DNA of 64,000 nt from Chrysemys picta bellii (Eukaryota), in contig NC_088794.1 in assembly GCF_011386835.1 (NCBI RefSeq), positions 76,012,001 through 76,076,000 of the forward strand, written 5' to 3'. Made by a program: the position numbers and the translations under genes. Within the stretch, counting starts at the first letter, position 1. Each line of letters opens with the position of its first letter. Shown here one piece after another: positions 61,120 to 64,000 of the stretch. The notes beneath the pieces were generated by a model. The model saw only the letters and a list, made by a program, of their open reading frames with translations, ran no database searches and was not told the origin of the DNA.

Positions 61120-62194
61120 TGAAGCAATGCATGCTAGAAGGAACAATATAAAGTGCTAGTATATAAGCACTGATTGGCTCTTAATGTTCTATGTCCTGGA
61201 CTATACTGAAAGAAGCAAGTTTTGTTTTTTAACTTTGAATAAGATGTGCTTACATTATGCAAGCCAATCAGAAAAGTCCTGGAGGACTCGATGGCTAGAG
61301 GCATGGGTCATAGGTTCAAATGCTGTCTAGGCCAAATGGATACCTGTGACATTAATTGATGCTTGCTCGACCTCTCCGCAGTACAGTCAATGATAGAATA
61401 GGCCATATAGACTAAAATCCCCTCTCATCCTTATTGACTGGGCCTCCAGTTCAGGGCCAAGTCATATTAGTAAGTGGAACCTTGTCTTGTTTTGTGGATA
61501 ATATGGGGATTCTTTCACCAAGGTTGTCAATCAGTAACACTGGAACTCAGATAGAATTGTAAAATATATCACTTTGATAGAACAGCAGAGTAATGATATT
61601 ATTCTATTATTGCCCTCTAAGTCCACAATCAGGATTGGGATCCATATATGCTCAGCACTGTACAAATACAGAAGACATGATGGTCCATACCCCAAAGAGC
61701 TGGCAGTGCAAGGGCTAGTCTACACTTGAGTTAATTTTAGGTTGTTGGGAAGGGGACGGGAGTTGCACTGGTATAACTACATTCATGCAGCGTCACCAGT
61801 CCTAACACGATGAATGTTTTGCCATTGAAGTCAACAAGGCCAGAATTTTACCTCTAGTATAGTCAAGTGCTAAAAATGTGACTTGCCCCAGTCTGGCTCA
61901 CACTGATGCAAAAAAGCTTCAGTGCAGGCATTCCATAAGAGGATAAGCAATATGAGATGTAGACTAAAGAAGGAAGCAATTTATCTTCCCCTGGTGTATT
62001 TGTGAAAGTAGACTTACAGTGAACATCATTGACTATAAAAAGTTGACATCCCTTTCCATGGATCTCAAGGCAGTAGAATGGGGCAGTCTGTGTGTTACTA
62101 ACCAAACTATCTTGTTGGTATTTCTCTATCAGAGAAGAACTCTTTTCTCATTAGGTTCTCTAAAATTCTCTTTTTTTGTTTTCCACCTTCCTTT

Positions 62195-62400
62195 GCCTGG
62201 GTCACTTACTGGTTTAAACTAGAGTAAATGGTGGATTCTCTGTAACTTGAAGCATTTAAATTAAGATTTGAGGACCTCAGTAACTCAGCTGGAAGTTATT
62301 GGCCTGTTACAGGAGGGGGTGTGAGATTCTGTGGCCTGTGATGTGCAGGAGGTCAGACTAGATGATCATGATGGTCCTTCTGGCCTTAACGTCTATGAGT
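62195..62400 (+). mobile_element. CR1 LINE 3' end
   Basis: GGAGGTCAGACTAGATGATCATGATGGTCCTTCTGGCCTTAA...CTATGA terminal stem and repeat. Confidence 0.8.
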
Positions 62401-63183
62401 TTAAAATGTACAACCTGCCCTTCTCTGTCCCAAAGATAGATCTGTTTTCCCCTCAAGATGATGTGCACAATACTCTAGTGGCAAGTAGGACAATTACCTG
62501 AATCTTCCAAAGTTTGAAAATTATAAAGTGCCTTCAACATTTTTCGTCCTGTTACATTAAAGAGTACACTACACTATTAGTAAGTGCTAAGATAATTGTC
62601 AAATCATATTTTCCATAGTTTGAGTGCTGGCTCTTACATTATTTTTTAAAGAATTGTTTCAACCATTGAAGGTTAAGAACTTTTCCATGGAACATAGTTC
62701 AGATGCTAAGACAAAGCTAACTTTGTGAGTCACTTGAATTGGTTGCTCAGAAGTAATTTTCACCAACACTCATGGAAATTTCCAGTTCTTACACTTCATG
62801 GAATGGAATGAGCTAGTAGTTATCTTCATATTTCTTAGATTGTCCTAATGAAGTCTAGGGAGACTTTATCTTCAAAATCTCCATGGCCCCAGTGTTATCA
62901 AGTCTGTCTTGTAGTTAAACCAAACCATACTATAACAGACTAATGCACCCACTCATATAAAGATCTCAGTGGAAATTCAAATGTTTGATTCTGAAGGAGG
63001 TTTGTGTTACTAATCTGCTGCTTTAGTAACTTTAGAGGAGATATAAGCCATGTTACTGAAAGTGACTTTTGAGCTTTTAAAGACCAAATAACCAGCGCCC
63101 AGTATATTCTGCCACTTCTGATTTTCTGCCGGATCTACCCTGTGCTGAATGTTTCTGAATCCATATTTTCAGTTATAATCTTG

Positions 63184-63413
63184 CTAGCCCTCATGGATGT
63201 GAAGAAAGCCTTTAAAAATGTAAACCTATTGAAGATTGACATATTCCTCTACCTCGATATAACGCTGTCTTTGGGAGCCCAAAAATCTTACCATGTTATA
63301 GGCGAAACCACGTTATATCGAACTTGGTTTGATCCGCCCCCCTGGAGCACTGCTTTACCGCGTTATATCCGAATTCGTGTTATATCGGGTCGCGTTATAT
63401 CGGGGTAGAGGTA
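63184..63413. mobile_element. Tc1/mariner (Tigger-like) MITE
   Basis: TIRs TTCCTCTACCTCGATATAAC / GTTATATCGGGGTAGAGGTA; TA flanks; repeated GTTATATC subterminal motifs. Confidence 0.75.
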
Positions 63414-64000
63414 TATTGATACATTATGTACCTGAGTCTGCAGGCAGCCTGAAATGATAGCTTTGGCTGGGGTGAATTGCTCCTTCTCACATCCCAGTGG
63501 GTTGCTAACTCTCAAATCCAGAGGTGGAAAATGTAAATGTTAAGTATTTAACTGCTGACCGTTTTAGCCAAAATACCCAGCTAATGTGCTTACCCCAAAC
63601 TGAGTCCTTCTGAGGTGTGGAAACCCCAGCTGTTCCTTGCCCAGCTGCCAAAACCTCCAGCTTCCTCCAACATCTACATGCAGTACAAAACTGTGGTACT
63701 GAAAGCATAGAGACAACATAAAATATATTGACATATACAGAGCTTTGCAAATAACCAATAGATGGAATAGCTAAATCCCCATTAGGGTGTCCAGATTTTC
63801 AAAGAAAATAGACAAATTCATGCTAGAGCTGTGCTTAAAAAAAATCACGTCTCTTCCTCTATCCCACCCAGTTCTTGAAAGAAGAAGATTTTAGCCCGAA
63901 TGTTCTGTAGCTCAAATCTGCTTTTTCACCTGCTGATGGCCATGACCCCTCTATCCTACGCCCAGCCTATTGGGTTAAAACTGCATAAGGCTGAAGGCTT

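Noticed and set aside
59313-64000. Next PRR5L exon (expected to start NQLLAKG-like)
   Set aside because: No matching exon was found; the acceptor-like TTTCCTTTCAG at 60440-60450 is followed by non-coding sequence and a poly-A run.

Overview
Vertebrate (almost certainly turtle) genomic DNA, about 64 kb, mostly intronic or intergenic and rich in transposons. The only host gene I can support is PRR5L (Protor-2, mTORC2-associated) on the + strand. Its three N-terminal coding exons (52917-53086, 53797-53877, 59264-59312) have canonical GT-AG junctions and splice in frame to 100 aa; the gene continues beyond the window. A candidate CpG-rich upstream promoter lies at about 33.1-34.5 kb. The repeat content includes a 2.2-kb Penelope-like element (PLE; RT plus GIY-YIG) with a twin-priming-type internal inversion. 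Several PLE terminal-repeat (pLTR) derivatives carry a 40-nt minimal type I hammerhead ribozyme motif, and three of them are tiny fold-back (palindromic) insertions with 12-14 bp TSDs whose fold points all lie inside the ribozyme. A 2.06-kb PIF/Harbinger element (transposase plus Myb/SANT ORF) has its centre replaced by a 100-bp piece of mitochondrial ND5. There are also many hAT and Harbinger MITEs, a solo LTR, L1 and CR1 fossils, and tRNA/CORE SINEs. No rRNA, true tRNA gene or CRISPR array is present. All family assignments come from motif recognition by eye; no database searches were run.
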